In this document: piece after piece, positions 25,101 through 38,423 of the stretch
Layout of the letters: every line of letters starts with the position of its first letter
Position numbering within the stretch: position 1 is the stretch's first letter
Assembly (NCBI GenBank): GCA_905178155.1
Contig: CAJINV010000003.1
Span: forward strand, 7,611,882-7,675,881
Length of the DNA: 64,000 nt
From: Amoebophrya sp. A120
Taxonomy: Eukaryota; Protista; Dinoflagellata
Direction of reading: 5' to 3'
Program-made: the position numbers and the translations under genes
Notes under the pieces: model-generated
The model's input: the letters and a program-made list of their open reading frames with translations, nothing else
Database searches by the model: none
What the model was told of the DNA's origin: nothing

Positions 25101-25324
25101 GATAAACATCGCTCGGTACCCTCTTGATTCCAAAACGGACCAAAACTGCGCATTAGCTGTCCAGGTGTCCAACTCTCACGTCGACGACACATCCCACTCC
25201 TCTTGCGGTTGACTTTTGAGATATGTGAGCCGCACTGTGCCACCATGCATGAGACGCACTGAAATGAAGCTTCTGCAGGTAGAGATGTAACATCGCACAC
25301 TCCTTTTTCTGCTGAAAATTGCAC
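22137..25324 (-). CDS. Hypothetical membrane protein with a possible C-terminal glycosyltransferase-like domain, multi-exon, ends uncertain
   Basis: ORF pieces join in frame after removing elements 24080 and 23883 (EEVH|HIVHDWFHSIGFAV|DEYART) and a GT-AG intron at about 23287-23512. Two hydrophobic segments; YVYWADP weakly resembles the GT34-type WxD motif. Confidence 0.45.
23883..24033. mobile_element. Introner (151 bp), TSD ACCGC
   Basis: tatgcaatacaaatttcccgtacatgtacaa vs reverse-complement tatccacagtaaatttcccgtacacgtacaa; accgc at 23878-23882 and 24034-24038. Confidence 0.92.
24080..24331. mobile_element. Introner family B (252 bp), TSD GTGCA
   Basis: tatcaaatgcaaaaatgtctgggtctgg...ccagacccagacatttttacatttgata; gtgca at 24075-24079 and 24332-24336. 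Confidence 0.95.
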
Positions 25325-26165
25325 TTCTAGGAGAAATTCGAAGTTGCGACGTTCCGCAATTTCTGATGCTTCGCTTCTTGCATCGCGCGTGTAATTCAGG
25401 TACAGCCATTTTTCCTACATTCGTTAGTAAACAGTTTCAACAGAGAGCTGCAGGCTTCGTTTCTCATTAGCATGTAGTGTCTGGAAGGTTGATGCCTTCT
25501 TCGAAAAACGCGTGGCAGATACTACCGTTTCTTTATTCTGGGTTTAGTAGTTGCAGAGAAGAGAAGATTCATTTCTAACCGGCAGGCATGGCATTGGTCA
25601 CAGGTTTTGTAACTGCAGACGTGTTGACGCGGAGGTCGCAAGGACGGGTGTACCACCACCTCTATCGTGCGTTCGTGTTACTCAAGTGTGGGTAAGGCTG
25701 TAGTGTGTGGCAGGCATCGACCAAGCGTCCGACCATGAATCGGTGCGTCTGCGTATCTCAATCTTATCAATGCGTAGCAGGGTGGTAGGCGGTATGAAAA
25801 ATAGACTTGCTGACGAAACTGAGCCTCCTGGCGTGCGGAGTGGGAAACAATTACTCAAACGGGAAACTTTAATAACACCGATAAATCAATTACACAGGCA
25901 GTGGAGGCGGTCGCTCGATGGACTGTTAATTTTGACAAAGTTGTTCTGGCTAAATACAACTGATTCAATAAAAATTGGTGGTGAAAGACATGGAGTTCCG
26001 TCGTAGGTAGCAGTGCGGTCGGTCAACGCGGAACGCGTCACACCGCGCCTGCAAAGGCATGATGCTGTAAATCAATTTACAAACCTCGAAGTACATCTTC
26101 ATGCGAGTTCCTTCTGTACAAGGGACGTGTAAACGCCAAATCAGGTCTCAAATGCAGGCTGCAGC

Positions 26166-28802
26166 TCACGTGAGAATTCTTGGATGAAAATGGAGGCGCA
26201 CCGCGAAACACGACTCCGCTACGGCCCGAAATTTCGAGAGACTGAGAAAATTTCTGCGGCGCACGAAGTAGGGCCCGTGCTCCTCAAACACACTGCTGAC
26301 GGGATCCTGGTGCTTTTGCAAGCACAAACGGAAGTCCTGGTCCCATTGCTTACACAGCTTACGAAGCTGAACACTGCTGCTGTCGCTCGCGCCAGGCACT
26401 GTAGTGGTACGCTGCGGCGCCAGATCAGGGAGCAGCTGCACTGAGCTTCTTCTGGACGAAGCGGCGCTGCGGGTCGTGGAGGTGTTAATGCTGCCACTGG
26501 ATGCGGCTTGGAATGTCATCTCCCCACTTGCATTCGTGCCTTCCTCGCATCGCTCTGGTGTGCTGGTGGAAGAAGATTCCTCACTATCGGTTTCCGACTC
26601 ATCGTGGTCCAGAATTTCCAGCAGCCGCTCACTAAGCTCCGACAAATGCTGCACGAAGTTCCCCAAGGGTCGCCCCACCGCCGGCCCGTCGATTTCCCAG
26701 ATCGGACACTTTTTTTCGATCTCCTCCTTCACGTCGCAAACCAATTGCACCATGCGGTCCAGCCGCTGCATCAGCATCAGCGCGCTATCACCTGAAGAAA
26801 AAAAAAACTTTTGCAAAAGCAGACTTCGCACACACAAGAACAATTTCCGCCGAAACAAAACAACTATATATGATGTCACGATAACGAACAAGCAAGCGCC
26901 CGCGCAACAACAAAAACGGCACTCCGGCTAGGTCGGCTCTGCTCAGGCGGGGGCTGTTTCTTTCCAGTCGGGGACGCGGGCTGAAGCTTGCCCTTCTTTG
27001 GAGACTTGGTGTTGGCCGCCTCAAAAACTTCCACCGGGGCCACGGCATCCCAGACATCTCGCCAGTGATCTTCCCGCTCGACCGGGACATGCACCCAGTC
27101 GGGCAGTTTGCGTCGGCTGATGAATTGCAGAATCTGTGCGTGCAGGTCCTCCGCCTTCCTTGCAAAGTGTGCGATCTTCTCTTCAATCTCACGACGAGCC
27201 CGCTCTACCAAGTCCAAGGCCGATCTGGGAGTTGCGGATAGGGAAGTGGAGATTGCTATTAGTGAGTTTCCTCCATGCAAAAGATAAATATGGTTAAGTT
27301 AGGACAGAAACTCGAAGAACATTGCGACATAATTCTTCACTACACTTTCTAGGACGAATGTGGACCCCACAGATGACGATCGCCTCCAAAGGCCACAGCG
27401 AACATTATATACTTATTTTTACGGCATTATCCAAACTAACAAAATACGCGAAGTCCGGAACCGTAACTTCGTAGGGCTGCATCGGCACGCGCTTCTCCAT
27501 TGTCAGCCGCGCATTTGCGTAGCTGGTCTTCGCCCGACGGAGAATCAGCCCGTAGACGCCATTTTCCAGCTCCATTCGGCGCATCAGCTCGTCCCGGAGG
27601 TCCAGCAGGTAGTTTTCGTCGTCCGCGGCAAACACTACCGGGTTTCCGGCGGCGTCCCTGCGATTCAGAAACCGCTCATCCATCATTGTGTACAACGCCT
27701 GCCACTTGTCTTGCTCGATCCGAGCGATTTCGTGATCCCAAGCCTCCAGCTGTTTGCGTAGTGCGTGTTCGAGCAGAAAGCACGCAAGCTTCTTTTTACG
27801 ATTTTCGACGGAGGTGGACAGATCCTTGGCCGCCGCACCCGCTCCTGCTCTTGTACGATCTTCGCTACAAGAACTTTTAGTACCCGCGCCGCCGCTGGGG
27901 GTGCTCATCTGCTGCGCCAGAAGGACCAGTCCTGTCGGATCGGTCGGAACTGCTGCTGCACTCGCACTTGAACTTGAAGCGGTTACAACTTCTGCCATGC
28001 CGCCGAGGTCCTCGCAAGTTTTCTTGACCCGGGCGACAGCCTCGGCAAACATTGCGGGGGTGACCAGTCCGGAGTCGTCGGTCATGAGCAGCTGAAGGCA
28101 GCGCTCCACCTGCCAGCCTGCCTTCACACGCTCCATGCCGCCAAGGCGCCGCTCGATGTCGACACGCATGGAGTAAGGCAGGCTCGGGAAAAAGCTGGGA
28201 AGAACGCGCTGCTGCATGATGTAGACCCGAACCAGGTCGGACCCCTTGGACAAGGACAGAAAAGCCCCGAGCCCTTGCTCGAGTTGCGGGTACTTTTGCA
28301 AAATACTGGCGACGAACCCGATGTGCGTCTGCACCAGGTTTTTCAGCGCTTCCCCTACCTCGCCAATTTCTGCTTCTTGTTCCTTGCGAACCCGATCCGC
28401 TTCTTTCTGCATTTTTCTCAGCCGCTTCTTCTCCTCCTTCTCCTGCTGTTTCACTTGAACTTGCTGGGCACCGAGCTTGGTGGTCGTCGTAGCGGTCGTG
28501 CCACCAACGACCGAGGATCTGTTTGTAGGGACGACGAGAGAAGACGATTGCTGGTGAACGGAATGCCGGCTGCTTCGAGTGCTGGTGGAGGTGCGTGCAC
28601 TGCCATCCGGGGTGCAATTCGCCGTGGACGTCGCCAGAACGGCTGATATCAACCTTGTCTTCCGGGCCACAAGCGGAATCGTAGAGTCGCAGTCCGTTGT
28701 TGTCGTACGTCGCCCCGTCGACATGGGCGTTGGTGTACCAGCAAGGGCGGGAAGTCGTGTTGGGAGAGATCGGCTGCGGTGCCATTGTACTCCAGCTTGC
28801 AT
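26166..28802 (-). CDS. Hypothetical coiled-coil protein, probably multi-exon
   Basis: Three successive minus-strand ORFs (465, 134 and 241 aa) with charged helical segments, separated by AT-rich gaps; family not recognised. Confidence 0.45.
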
Positions 28803-29802
28803 GCCTCTCGACAGCGAACATGCCGCAGTTCTCGCTGCAAGAAGTGAAGATCCACATCAAAATGCTCGCGTACAACCGTCGACGGTGCCCAGAAGGATAT
28901 TAATGAATCGGCTCTACTTGACTCTTCTTACCCCTCACAGAAACAGACGGTTCCTCAGGAGAGCACTCAGTAGGATCATACCAAGACCAAACAGTCGCTC
29001 AAGTACCTCTACAACCTTTCCCTCCGATTCTTCTGTTCTTCGTACACTGTGCACTACTGTTACTTCTGTTCTTCGTACACGTATGTTACGAGAGAGCGGT
29101 GGCGGTGGGTGCTACATGCGCGGGTTGCAAAGACCAAAAAAAGAGACATCTCACACCCGTGCACCACTACGTGCCTCATCTCGCGCTCAAACCAAAGAGC
29201 GCTAACGCCTTTCCTCTGATCCTTCGCATGGATGCGACTACGTGAAACATCATGATCCAGCACGCCTTTCATAGCTATGCGGGCAGTGAGTCTTCACCAA
29301 AGCAATGACACGATCCCTGCCAAAAAAAGCAAAAGCTGAAGCTTTGCTAATAGAAACCCCTATGTGAATCCAACGAGCTACGGGCATGTGATGGTGGTGC
29401 GTCAAAAATTCATTTCCCACGCATTCTGCTTCTGTCGGTAGCTGAGGTGCCACAGCTCATCTATAGGGGGCAAATCAACAAAAGTACAGGTTGTATCGAT
29501 GCAATCAAAACGGTATAATGTCATATTCTATCTAACGCGCAACAGCAGCTACATGATATTTCTTGGTTGTTGCAGAGACGTACCGTTGTCGTTTGGAACA
29601 AAAGATAATCTACTTGTGAAGAGAGCAAGAGCCAGCTCCGTACAGACGACAGGGTAATCTTGCGTGCGTGCATGTGCAGCTAGGTAGAGGACGAGGATCA
29701 AACGAGAAAAACAAGCACGAGGCCGCTACTAAAAGTTTTATTCTTTCAACTACTAGAAGGTTGGAAATTGTTCCGGAGTCAGTTGTACGTTGAAAGTTGC
29801 TC

Positions 29803-30781
29803 CTACAGGTTCGGTTTGATGCGCAGGTAGTTCGGCATGCGCTCTGCCTTTCGCACAGGCACGAAGGATTGGATGTCGTAGCAGGTCACGATCGGCGCCG
29901 GCTGCACTTGCCCCGCAGCGGGCATTTTGCCGAAGTTCACGCTGCGAAATCTCTTCACTTCGGCCTCACGGTAGCTGTGGTTGAAAGGGCTGGGCTTCAG
30001 GTTGTTCACCACATTGAACTCACCCGTGGTGCTGTTAACCTCCGTGATCCAGTGCCCGCTGTTGGGGTTCTGCTCGGGGGGTGGCACGGGCTTGGACGCG
30101 GAAGCGTAGATGAACCCGTTAATGTCGTAATTGTTCAACTTCTGGTGCTTAGTGGGCTCCCATCCACTGCAAATTTGCCTGGGTCTGGAAATATTAAAGT
30201 TGACCTTGTATTGTTGTCTGTTCTTCAATTTTCCAGTTCCAGTAGATTCTAGTGTATGACCCACAGTAGCTGTGTTGTACTAGCTTTGTTATTCTTTGTC
30301 ATTTTTGTAATCATGCGCGCTGCGAATATCATAGATGGGCAACAAGCATTCGGAAAATCCGTCATGCTTGGCTGACGTGACCAGAGTTTCTCGTCCACAG
30401 TTCACCAGCATAACATGTTCATCCCAGACCCAGATCGAGATTTGCAATGCATAGCTCCACATACGGATCGCCTGCTTTGACCTTATCGCGCTGGGAGAGG
30501 TCCCAGGTTAAGCAAGACCGCACACCCGACTGCGCAACGTTCTTTTTGAGCTCTTCCGTTTGTGTCGTCATGCGCACGACCTGCCCATTGCGCTTTTGGA
30601 TCCAGTCGTCACCCACCACCCGGAAATGGTAATTGCCGGTCCCGAAGGCGCTGGCCCAGTAGGACCGTGGCTCGCTGTGCGCACGCACGTCGCCGCGCCC
30701 GTAGGTGGCAGGAGGATTGGAGCCGACCACCGGCGTTGCCGGATTCGGCACTAGCTTCGTGTGCACGGGGTTGCTCGGCAT
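29803..30781 (-). CDS. Hypothetical Pro/Asn-rich protein (about 226 aa), two exons
   Basis: Two ORFs join in frame (DPYVE|PTKHQK) on removing element 30161-30453 plus one TSD. Confidence 0.7.
30161..30453. mobile_element. Introner related to family B, diverged (293 bp), TSD GCTCC
   Basis: catccactgcaaatttgcctgggtctggaa...tcccagacccagatcgagatttgcaatgcata; gctcc at 30156-30160 and 30454-30458. Confidence 0.88.
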
Positions 30782-31498
30782 TTTTTGAGAACTTTCGATG
30801 AAGTATACTCAGGTCCTTCAGCGGACGTCGTGGACTTCGTGTTTCAAAAAATCACCAATCTGTAGTGCGTTGATTCTAGTTCTAAGTACCTCCAAATAGG
30901 GTCGAGAAATTAATACAACGGTCGTTCGGTTACGATTGGACTCGGAAACCAAAATCCTGCATGTTTGTTCCCCCTACAACTACAACGTTTGCTTGCGTAT
31001 CCGTGCTCGCGCACCTATAACGAGCGAAATAGAACCACCAACCAATGACCTGGGAAACATACACAGGAGACCCCGCCATGTGGCGCCCCGTACGCGCAAT
31101 TGGAGATTACACACCCGATACGAAAAGCACTTTTTCTGCGAACGAAAGGCTGACAAATGAATCCACATACGAATTTCAAACGAAAAGAGTCCCAAATGGA
31201 TGCAGAACCGACAAAAAACCTGATAATGATAGAATACCTCCACGACAAGTCTGCACATCATATGAGTCGTAAAGCACAGAGCGACACGTATTTTTGATTC
31301 AACAAAAAACAGTCCGGACTTGCGTCCCCCGAAGGCAATCGCTACCAGTGTTGCGCGAGCCAAGAATGTCCGTGATACTCAAGCCAAACCGAAATAGGTG
31401 ATCAACAACATAAGCAAAGCCGATAAGGCGTCAGAAAGATGTAGCACTTCAACAAGCTCGCATATTGTAGATTTTCTTTTGCTTGCTCCCAGAAAACA

Positions 31499-33004
31499 TT
31501 ACAAATCCTGCTGCTCCTGTAATCTTGGGTGTAGATCATCCTTGTCGAAAACCATTACCGCTCTTTCGTGCGTGAAGGTGTTGAAGCCCCAGTCACCTCG
31601 GTAGTTCCCAAAACCAGAGCTGCCGGTGCCTCCGAAGGGAAGCGTTTCCGCGAGCATGTGGACGATCGCATCATTCACACAGACGCCTCCACTGCGCAAG
31701 CGGTTTTGAATCTCCAGAATCTCTGCCTCCTCGCTCTTCGTATCGCCGAAAATGTACAGTGCCAACGGCTCCCCGTTATTGCTGGATTCGAAACTGAAAA
31801 TATCTTCTAGCTCCTCAAACACGTTTGCCGCGAGGCAGGGCCCAAAAATTTCCTCCTGCCGCAAGCGAGCCTCTTTGGGCAAGTTCAACAGAACCACTGG
31901 CGGAATATACCGGTCCGCTGCATCCGCATTCGAAAGTGGGTCGTACCCCGCTGGCGCTAGGTCCTCCACGAAAGAAAAAGTGGTTGTGCCTTCTTCTAAA
32001 CGACCGGAAAGGTACTCCCAACCGTTCTTAACGATTCCCAGAATGCGGTCAAAGTGTCGCTGATTGACGATGCGGGAGTAGCGGGGAGAGGCCTTGGGAT
32101 TTTCCCCGAGGAACTCCAACAGCGTGGCTTTTACCAGGCGCCGAAACTCCGGCACCAGCGTACGGTGCAGCCACACGTGGTCGGGACTCACGCAAAACTG
32201 TCCGACGTTTTGCAGCTTCGCGTCCAGTAGTTTGCGGACCGCGTACTTCAGATTGCAGCCGGGAAGGAGCACCACGGGGTTCTTTCCGCCGAGCTCCAGT
32301 GTGACCGGCGTCAAATGCTCGGCGGCTTGCCGGTAGATGATCTTGCCAACCGTGGCGTTCCCCGTGTAGAAAATCATTCCAAACGGGTACTGCAGGAGCT
32401 TCGTCGTCTGCGCCACGCCGCCGAAGACCGTCTGCACGTACGTGGATGAAAACCCCGCCAGAAACTTCGCAAGCCCGTTCTGCATCGCCAAACTGGTCTG
32501 CTCGCAAATCTCGTTCAGCTTAAGCACCACGGGACACCCGGCCGCGATGGCGGTGACCAACGGTTTGATGTGCAGCGGCAACGGAAAGTTCCAAGTCCCA
32601 ATCACGAGCACGACGCCCTTTGGCTCCCGGCGTACATACGCGTGGCTCGCTCGCGACCCCGGCGCGGGCGGGTTTGGTGGTGTCGTGTCCACGTCGCAGG
32701 ACAGCCGTTCTAAATTTTCGAGATAGTACCTACACGTCGCCACGCAGTTGCCCCGAATCAAATCGTGATAAGCCGCCGGCCGCCGGAGGTCCTCCCATTC
32801 TGCTTGCCGGAGCGCCGCCGCGTCCTCCTCGAGCCACCTCTGGATGGCTTGGATTACCAGGATCCGCTCAGGCACGGAGATTCCACTTGCAACAGCCAGC
32901 CGCACGCTGCGCACGATGCCCGGAATCTCGTCGACCCCCGTCCAGCTTTGCTTCTGCGACTCTTGCTCTGGCGCAGACGCAGCGTTCATAGCTTCGTCAT
33001 ACAT
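31499..33004 (-). CDS. Aldehyde dehydrogenase, ALDH3-like, intronless (501 aa)
   Basis: REPKGVVLVIGTWNFP, FYTGNATVG, LELGGKNP, GQFCVSPD (catalytic Cys), EEIFGP and PFGGTGSSGFG motifs. Confidence 0.93.
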   Translation of the reverse strand: MYDEAMNAASAPEQESQKQSWTGVDEIPGIVRSVRLAVASGISVPERILVIQAIQRWLEEDAAALRQAEWEDLRRPAAYHDLIRGNCVATCRYYLENLERLSCDVDTTPPNPPAPGSRASHAYVRREPKGVVLVIGTWNFPLPLHIKPLVTAIAAGCPVVLKLNEICEQTSLAMQNGLAKFLAGFSSTYVQTVFGGVAQTTKLLQYPFGMIFYTGNATVGKIIYRQAAEHLTPVTLELGGKNPVVLLPGCNLKYAVRKLLDAKLQNVGQFCVSPDHVWLHRTLVPEFRRLVKATLLEFLGENPKASPRYSRIVNQRHFDRILGIVKNGWEYLSGRLEEGTTTFSFVEDLAPAGYDPLSNADAADRYIPPVVLLNLPKEARLRQEEIFGPCLAANVFEELEDIFSFESSNNGEPLALYIFGDTKSEEAEILEIQNRLRSGGVCVNDAIVHMLAETLPFGGTGSSGFGNYRGDWGFNTFTHERAVMVFDKDDLHPRLQEQQDL

Positions 33005-33495
33005 GATCCTGCTGAACTACCAACGAAGTTTTTCGTGCACGATCGCGCTGTCGCTTTTCAGGCAAAGAGAACTGCCCGACGAGCGTTGTATCGTGAACGA
33101 AAGATCCTCGAAGACAGACACAGACGGCTCGAAAACGACTGCTACTGCATGAGGAAGAAAAGTATAATAAAAGGATCTGCCTCTGCTGCTGCTCGCAAAA
33201 ATTGTCCATATTCCGCAAATTATCTGAACCTTTTCATGAATTGCAGTCACAAGTACACGGACTGAACCTGAAAATTGAACACGAAATTTCCTTGCGCACG
33301 CAACTAATATGTCACTTCGTCGCGGCAGAAAAAAGACACAGTGGAAAGCAGAAATGAAAGCCAGAAGGTAACCATGTTGTCAGCAAGGCTGCAAGATGAA
33401 GAACTTGTACTAGAGTGATGGTGCGGCAACGTGCAGCATGCACATGGGGAGATTGCGGCGCCTGTGCGAGGCGAGTCAGTTTCTGTCCAGTGAGT

Positions 33496-35867
33496 CTAAA
33501 AACCGTCCTCGTCTTCAGACGAGGATATGTCAGTTCTATTCTGGGCACCCGGTGGGGGAGGCCGTTTCGTGTCTGTCTCCGAGGTGGAAGAGTCGGACGA
33601 AAAATCATCGCGCAACACACGACCAGGAGGCGCGTCCTTGAGGACCTTGTCTAAGAGTCCAAGTACTCTGTCGTGGCGCATGTCGCGCTGTGACAGCATC
33701 TCTCCAATCCACACATGGCTGAGACAGTTGCGGTTTTTCTTGTCTACCAGAAAAACCTGCTCCGATACAACTCCCTTCACGGTTCCAGGCACCCAACGGT
33801 TTCGTGAGCCTGACCAGTAATACACAGACTCATTTATCGCGTACCGGTGCCTGGTCCCCGCGGCGCCCGTCGAAGTCGCTCCCACCTGCTTCTCTTCGTC
33901 ATGGTGGTCCACCTGTACGTCGGCACTTGCACTGGCCACCGTCGTGGTTGGAAATAAAAGCTCGTCGCCGGAAGACCCTGCCTCTTCTTCGTCGGCTGCC
34001 CCCTTGCTCCTGTCTTCTTTCTCCCTTGTATTTTTGGTGCTGGAATAAAGAGACGCGCCCGGCCGTGTAGTTCTTGTCGCAGTCGACGGTGCGGTGCTTC
34101 TGTTGGCACTACGACCGCGGTCATCTTCTTTAGGCCTATGATTTACTGAAGCATCGCTTGCACCGCCTCTATGTAAAGCCTCAGCGGCAGTTGTTCTTCC
34201 CTCTTCTGATGTGCCCGAATGTGTCCTCTTCGCAGGTGGAGGTGACGCTGTGAATGATGAAGCTCCGCCCTCTACTATACTATCGGCCAGGACTTTTCCC
34301 GTACCATCACCAGCTTCGGTGGTCCCCGGCGGGAAGGCCACGACCAGCTCCCCCTCGCCGATGAAAAGATCGCTGTCGAGGTCCTCCTCGTCGTCCACCT
34401 CCGCAACCGCATCCAGGCGTTCTGCCGTACCAGCGCCGCCCGGAACTAGAGGTTGCGCAGCAGCTGTAGCGGTCATCAGCGGGCTGAGTATCGGAAGCGG
34501 GGAGGCGGACACCGCCGAGCCGGCCGCACTGACGGACGTGGAATAAGGTCCTCCAAACCCCGGCGTCCCCAACTGGCCAAACCCCGGCGTGTTCACCCCG
34601 AACCCGGGCGTGGAGGTTACGTCGCTGCTCATGCTGGGGGTGTGCGCTACCTGCTGCTCGGGCATGGCCCGGTTCAGTTTCAGCCGCGTTCCCTGGGCGT
34701 CCATAGCCCGTTCGCGGGCCTCCTGCAGGTCCCCGAAAAAGCTGCCGGCCGAGGAGGACCCGCTGCCCAGCGCAGACTTCCGGCCCGCGTGCTCGGGGGA
34801 GCTGCTGGCGCTGCCCGGTAGACTGCGCGACGCGGCACTTTTGGACCGGAGCTCGTCGAGCGCGGACGTCTTGCTCGGCCGTTTGTTCGTCGCCGACCCT
34901 CCTGATGTATTTGCTGCACTCGCTTCCTCCGACGTAATATCCGGGGGAGGATCGACACCGTCGTGAAGACTCCCATCTTCAGTAGAACCTCCTGGTCTAC
35001 AAATCCTCCTCTTCTCTTGCTCCCTAGCAGCCCGAGTCTTTTTAGTCCGCTCTCTGGGCGTGACGGGCGGGCTTGGCTGCGCTACCAGTACTGGGCGACT
35101 GAAACGTGCATCGTTCTGCATGCTCTTGTACTTTTGCTCCAAGGTCATCCTTCGCTGTCGAACGCCCCACTGCACCCAGCTCTTCAGCAATTCACATGAC
35201 CGCCCGGAGATCGCCACTTCGCGCGGGAAGCACTCTGACACGTCCTGTCATGAGACGCGACGAGTTCATTCGCTCAGTTAATTTACTATTTACAACTAGA
35301 AACAACTCAGTCAATCCATGAATTAGATTTTGGCTCGACTCATCACCCATCTTTGAAGAGAGCATAGGTACTCAACACTTATTTCTTACCACCCTTCTGC
35401 AGCAATAGGGGAACTCACTGCTCATGGAGGGGTGTTCGAGGGACAGGCAAAAACTAAATTCAAAACCAACATCAGTGAGGTACATCCGAGGATTCGTCGA
35501 GCGCGCGCTGCCGCATCTCTGCCCCTAGCAGGTGCCGGCTATCGCCGCTGCGCCGAGCGCTGGGCGAAGTTGCTGGCGTGTCCCTGTCTATCGGAGAACT
35601 CGCTCTTTCTGTTGCACCAGCAACAAACTGCAGCGCTACCGGAGCCAGCCCGTTCCCAGTATGCGCAGACCGCGTTACGTTGCGGCTTTTCTGGCGTCCA
35701 CCTTCTCCTGTGTTCGCCAAATCTTGCTGTTCCGCGGGTTTCGTTTTGGTTCCATACGACGCTTCCAGAAATGATGGCTCGAGAGCGTTGCTTTTCACCC
35801 TCGCTCGCGGTTCCTCCCGCGACGAGGGAGGTCCGTGTTGCTGCGCACTGCTGGTGCCACATCCCAT
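33496..35867 (-). CDS. Low-complexity protein with N-terminal MGCGTSS acylation motif and C-terminal Tudor/SH3-like domain, two exons
   Basis: MGCGTSS start at 35867; a phase-0 GT-AG intron joins it to the 581-aa ORF; YAINESVYYWSGSRNRWVPGTVKGV resembles a small beta-barrel domain. Confidence 0.55.
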
Positions 35868-36555
35868 TTCGCAACCGGCCGTCCGCGAGAAAGTGACAAA
35901 GACAATCATAGTAGTGGCTTATCCGCTAAGCGCTTCATCCTGTTCTTGAAAAGCAAATGCGGATTTTGTCTGATAAGTCTAACGGCTAAAAAGAAACCTC
36001 TCAACTTGTGCCGAGTAAATCCAGCCTATGCCTGCACAAGAGAGAACTCGGATATAATCATCTCAATGGCAGCTAGCACTGCCACCGGTGACGTCTCGAA
36101 CTTCACTCTTTTCACTCAGCTTAGATCACAACGCTTCCCTGCAAGGATCATCGGTGGAAGAACAGATTAGCAGATAACAAACCAGCTTTGGCAGAAGAAG
36201 CACTTTTTGTAATCCAAGATTTTTTTCGTACAAGTTCTGTTGGTCGATTGGTTACAAGCGGGACGCTGTCAAGATGAAGTGTACAAACCGTGGTAGTAAT
36301 GCTTTTGAATGTGTACAATGCCTCCAAAATCTAAAGGCGGGCAAGCACGTCTTGCTGCTGAAGATTTTACACTTGCGAATTTGTTCGATGTTTACTTTTA
36401 GTGGTCTCCCGAGAAGAGATGGTGTTGACTGTTCCTATTTAACATACGACGACGACTCCTTGAAACTAACAATCTTACAACAGACTTGAGGCATTCAGTA
36501 CTATTTCGTTTTACTTGTATTCCCCGCGACGAAGTCCGCTGCGTGAACGAACCCC

Positions 36556-38423
36556 CTACATAATGTCGACGAACTTGTCATACGCACAGGGACCCGGCGA
36601 ATCCACAACGACGCCAGGCATGGTGTCAAAGGCAATCTGCGCACCAGTTCCGAACACCCAGGCGGGCTCGTGCGTGATTCGGTTTCGGTCCAGCTTTGCT
36701 TCCCCAGCAATGCTATCGCCAGTTGGCGCCAACGCAACTGGCGTTTTGTAAGTGCCCGCACCTGGATTATATATAATTGAGGACTCGACGCCATTTCGTT
36801 CGACATGCGCACGAAGAGCAAATCAATTGTGTGCTCGCTTCTTCAGGCGAGCGAGTAACTGCTTAACGTACTATCTATGTTCCTGCTTGTAAAAAGTGGC
36901 TGGTGGCCAGTGTCTCAACCGGTCGCCACCGAGATCTGAAGAAACGCCGCCCGTTTTAGTGGTGAACCAACAGACCCGGGGAGTTGCCAGAGGGAAAGCG
37001 GGCCGAAACCCTCATCAATCATCCCTGGCTTCAGAAAAATAATGCGATGCAAAATATTCTTTCTATCCCTGGCATCGAATCGAAGTACAAGATGTAAAAT
37101 CGCACCTGGAGTTTGCTTCCAGTGGCGCCCTTGCTCAGTCAAGCGAGCAATCGCCTTATCATCGCGGATTCGACCGTTTTTCAGGAAGGTTTCTCCGTAA
37201 TTTGCCCTGTGCGTACCGTCCTGAAAGAACGGATTACAGGACGCCAGCCGGTCGGTGTCATTGACGGTCCTGAGAAAGATTGAAAGATATACAGTGGAAT
37301 AGCAAAATCAAAAATCTTCGACAGTCTAAAGCATAGGCATCTTTTGTTGGAGCATAGCTCTCTCTGCACAGGAATGAGTGGCACCGTCCAAGAAGTTGAA
37401 AGATAACAAGTACTTAGAGGAGCACCCTCAAAGAATAACACACAAAGGAGCAACCTGAAAGAAAAAAAACGCACGGGAGCAACCATCAAAAGCAGTACTT
37501 TATTGGTATCGTCACGGACATGCTTCTTGCGAGATTCGGCGAGCACATCTCGTCAGCAGAAACAGACGGGCCGGTATACCGCGGTAGCTGTGTCCCCTCA
37601 GGGGTAAAGTGTGACCACGTGCGATACCTGTAGGTTGATGTTGATGATAAACATATTACAATGAAGTCCAGGAGAGGACCTTTCCCTAGGTTGGCAGAAA
37701 AACCAGATATGGCAGAGTGCACGATGAACCAGATATGCAACTCGTCCAGTTTGTTGTACGTTCTTATAGATAGATCACAAAAATAAAGCTTGAATACGTT
37801 CCCGGGCCTGGAGAGAACCAGGCGCTGCCCGCCTGATCGCGCATGTAGGTGCACATTCCCCCGCTACCAAACCTCCAGGAAGGCTCTTTGTATATACGCG
37901 TTGCCGTAATGCTGGCATTGTCGCCCAGCTGCGTCTCGCCGATTACTCGCTGCGTTTTGTACCTGATATCGCAGCTACCTCTAACCAAAGAACTGCACTT
38001 GGAACTGGAACTGTTGACTCACGCCAATACATGAAGATGCGGGGACAAAATGAATGTATTAGAAGTAATTCTTTTTTTGGTACTAGCAACATGCTCACAT
38101 CTTGGAGTTGAGATCATCTAAAAATACAGCAGCCTATCGAATTAGTACGCTCCTGGTCCCGGAGTCGCTTTCCACTGTCTTCCTTGCGCGCGCAGCTGGT
38201 CTTGCCTTTTACGATCGAAGCAGCGTCCCGGGGTGAGTAGATCCTCTCCGTACTCGGCACGATGCGTCCCCCCAGGGAAAAACGGATTGTTGCTGGCCAA
38301 CTTGTCAACTTCGTTAGGGTATCTTCCTCCCATGGAGAAACTGGAAGACCGACTCAAAGTGGGGTCTCGCCTCTCCACGAATCTCCGGTTCCCCGAGGAA
38401 CTACTGGCGCTCTTGCCCGTCAT
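36556..38423 (-). CDS. ODF3/SHIPPO-like PGPGxY-repeat axonemal protein, multi-exon, N-terminus uncertain
   Basis: Repeats TPGPGAY, SPGPGTY, TPGAGTY and SPGPCAY, with PSWRFG, PAWVFG and SFSMG spacers. Confidence 0.7.

Noticed and set aside
29030-29080. 18-bp direct repeat cttctgttcttcgtacac
   Set aside because: Isolated local duplication with no TIR or TSD structure.
35327-35337. attttggctc resembling a relic dinoflagellate spliced leader
   Set aside because: Only a 10-nt match, on the strand opposite to all genes and inside a predicted intron.
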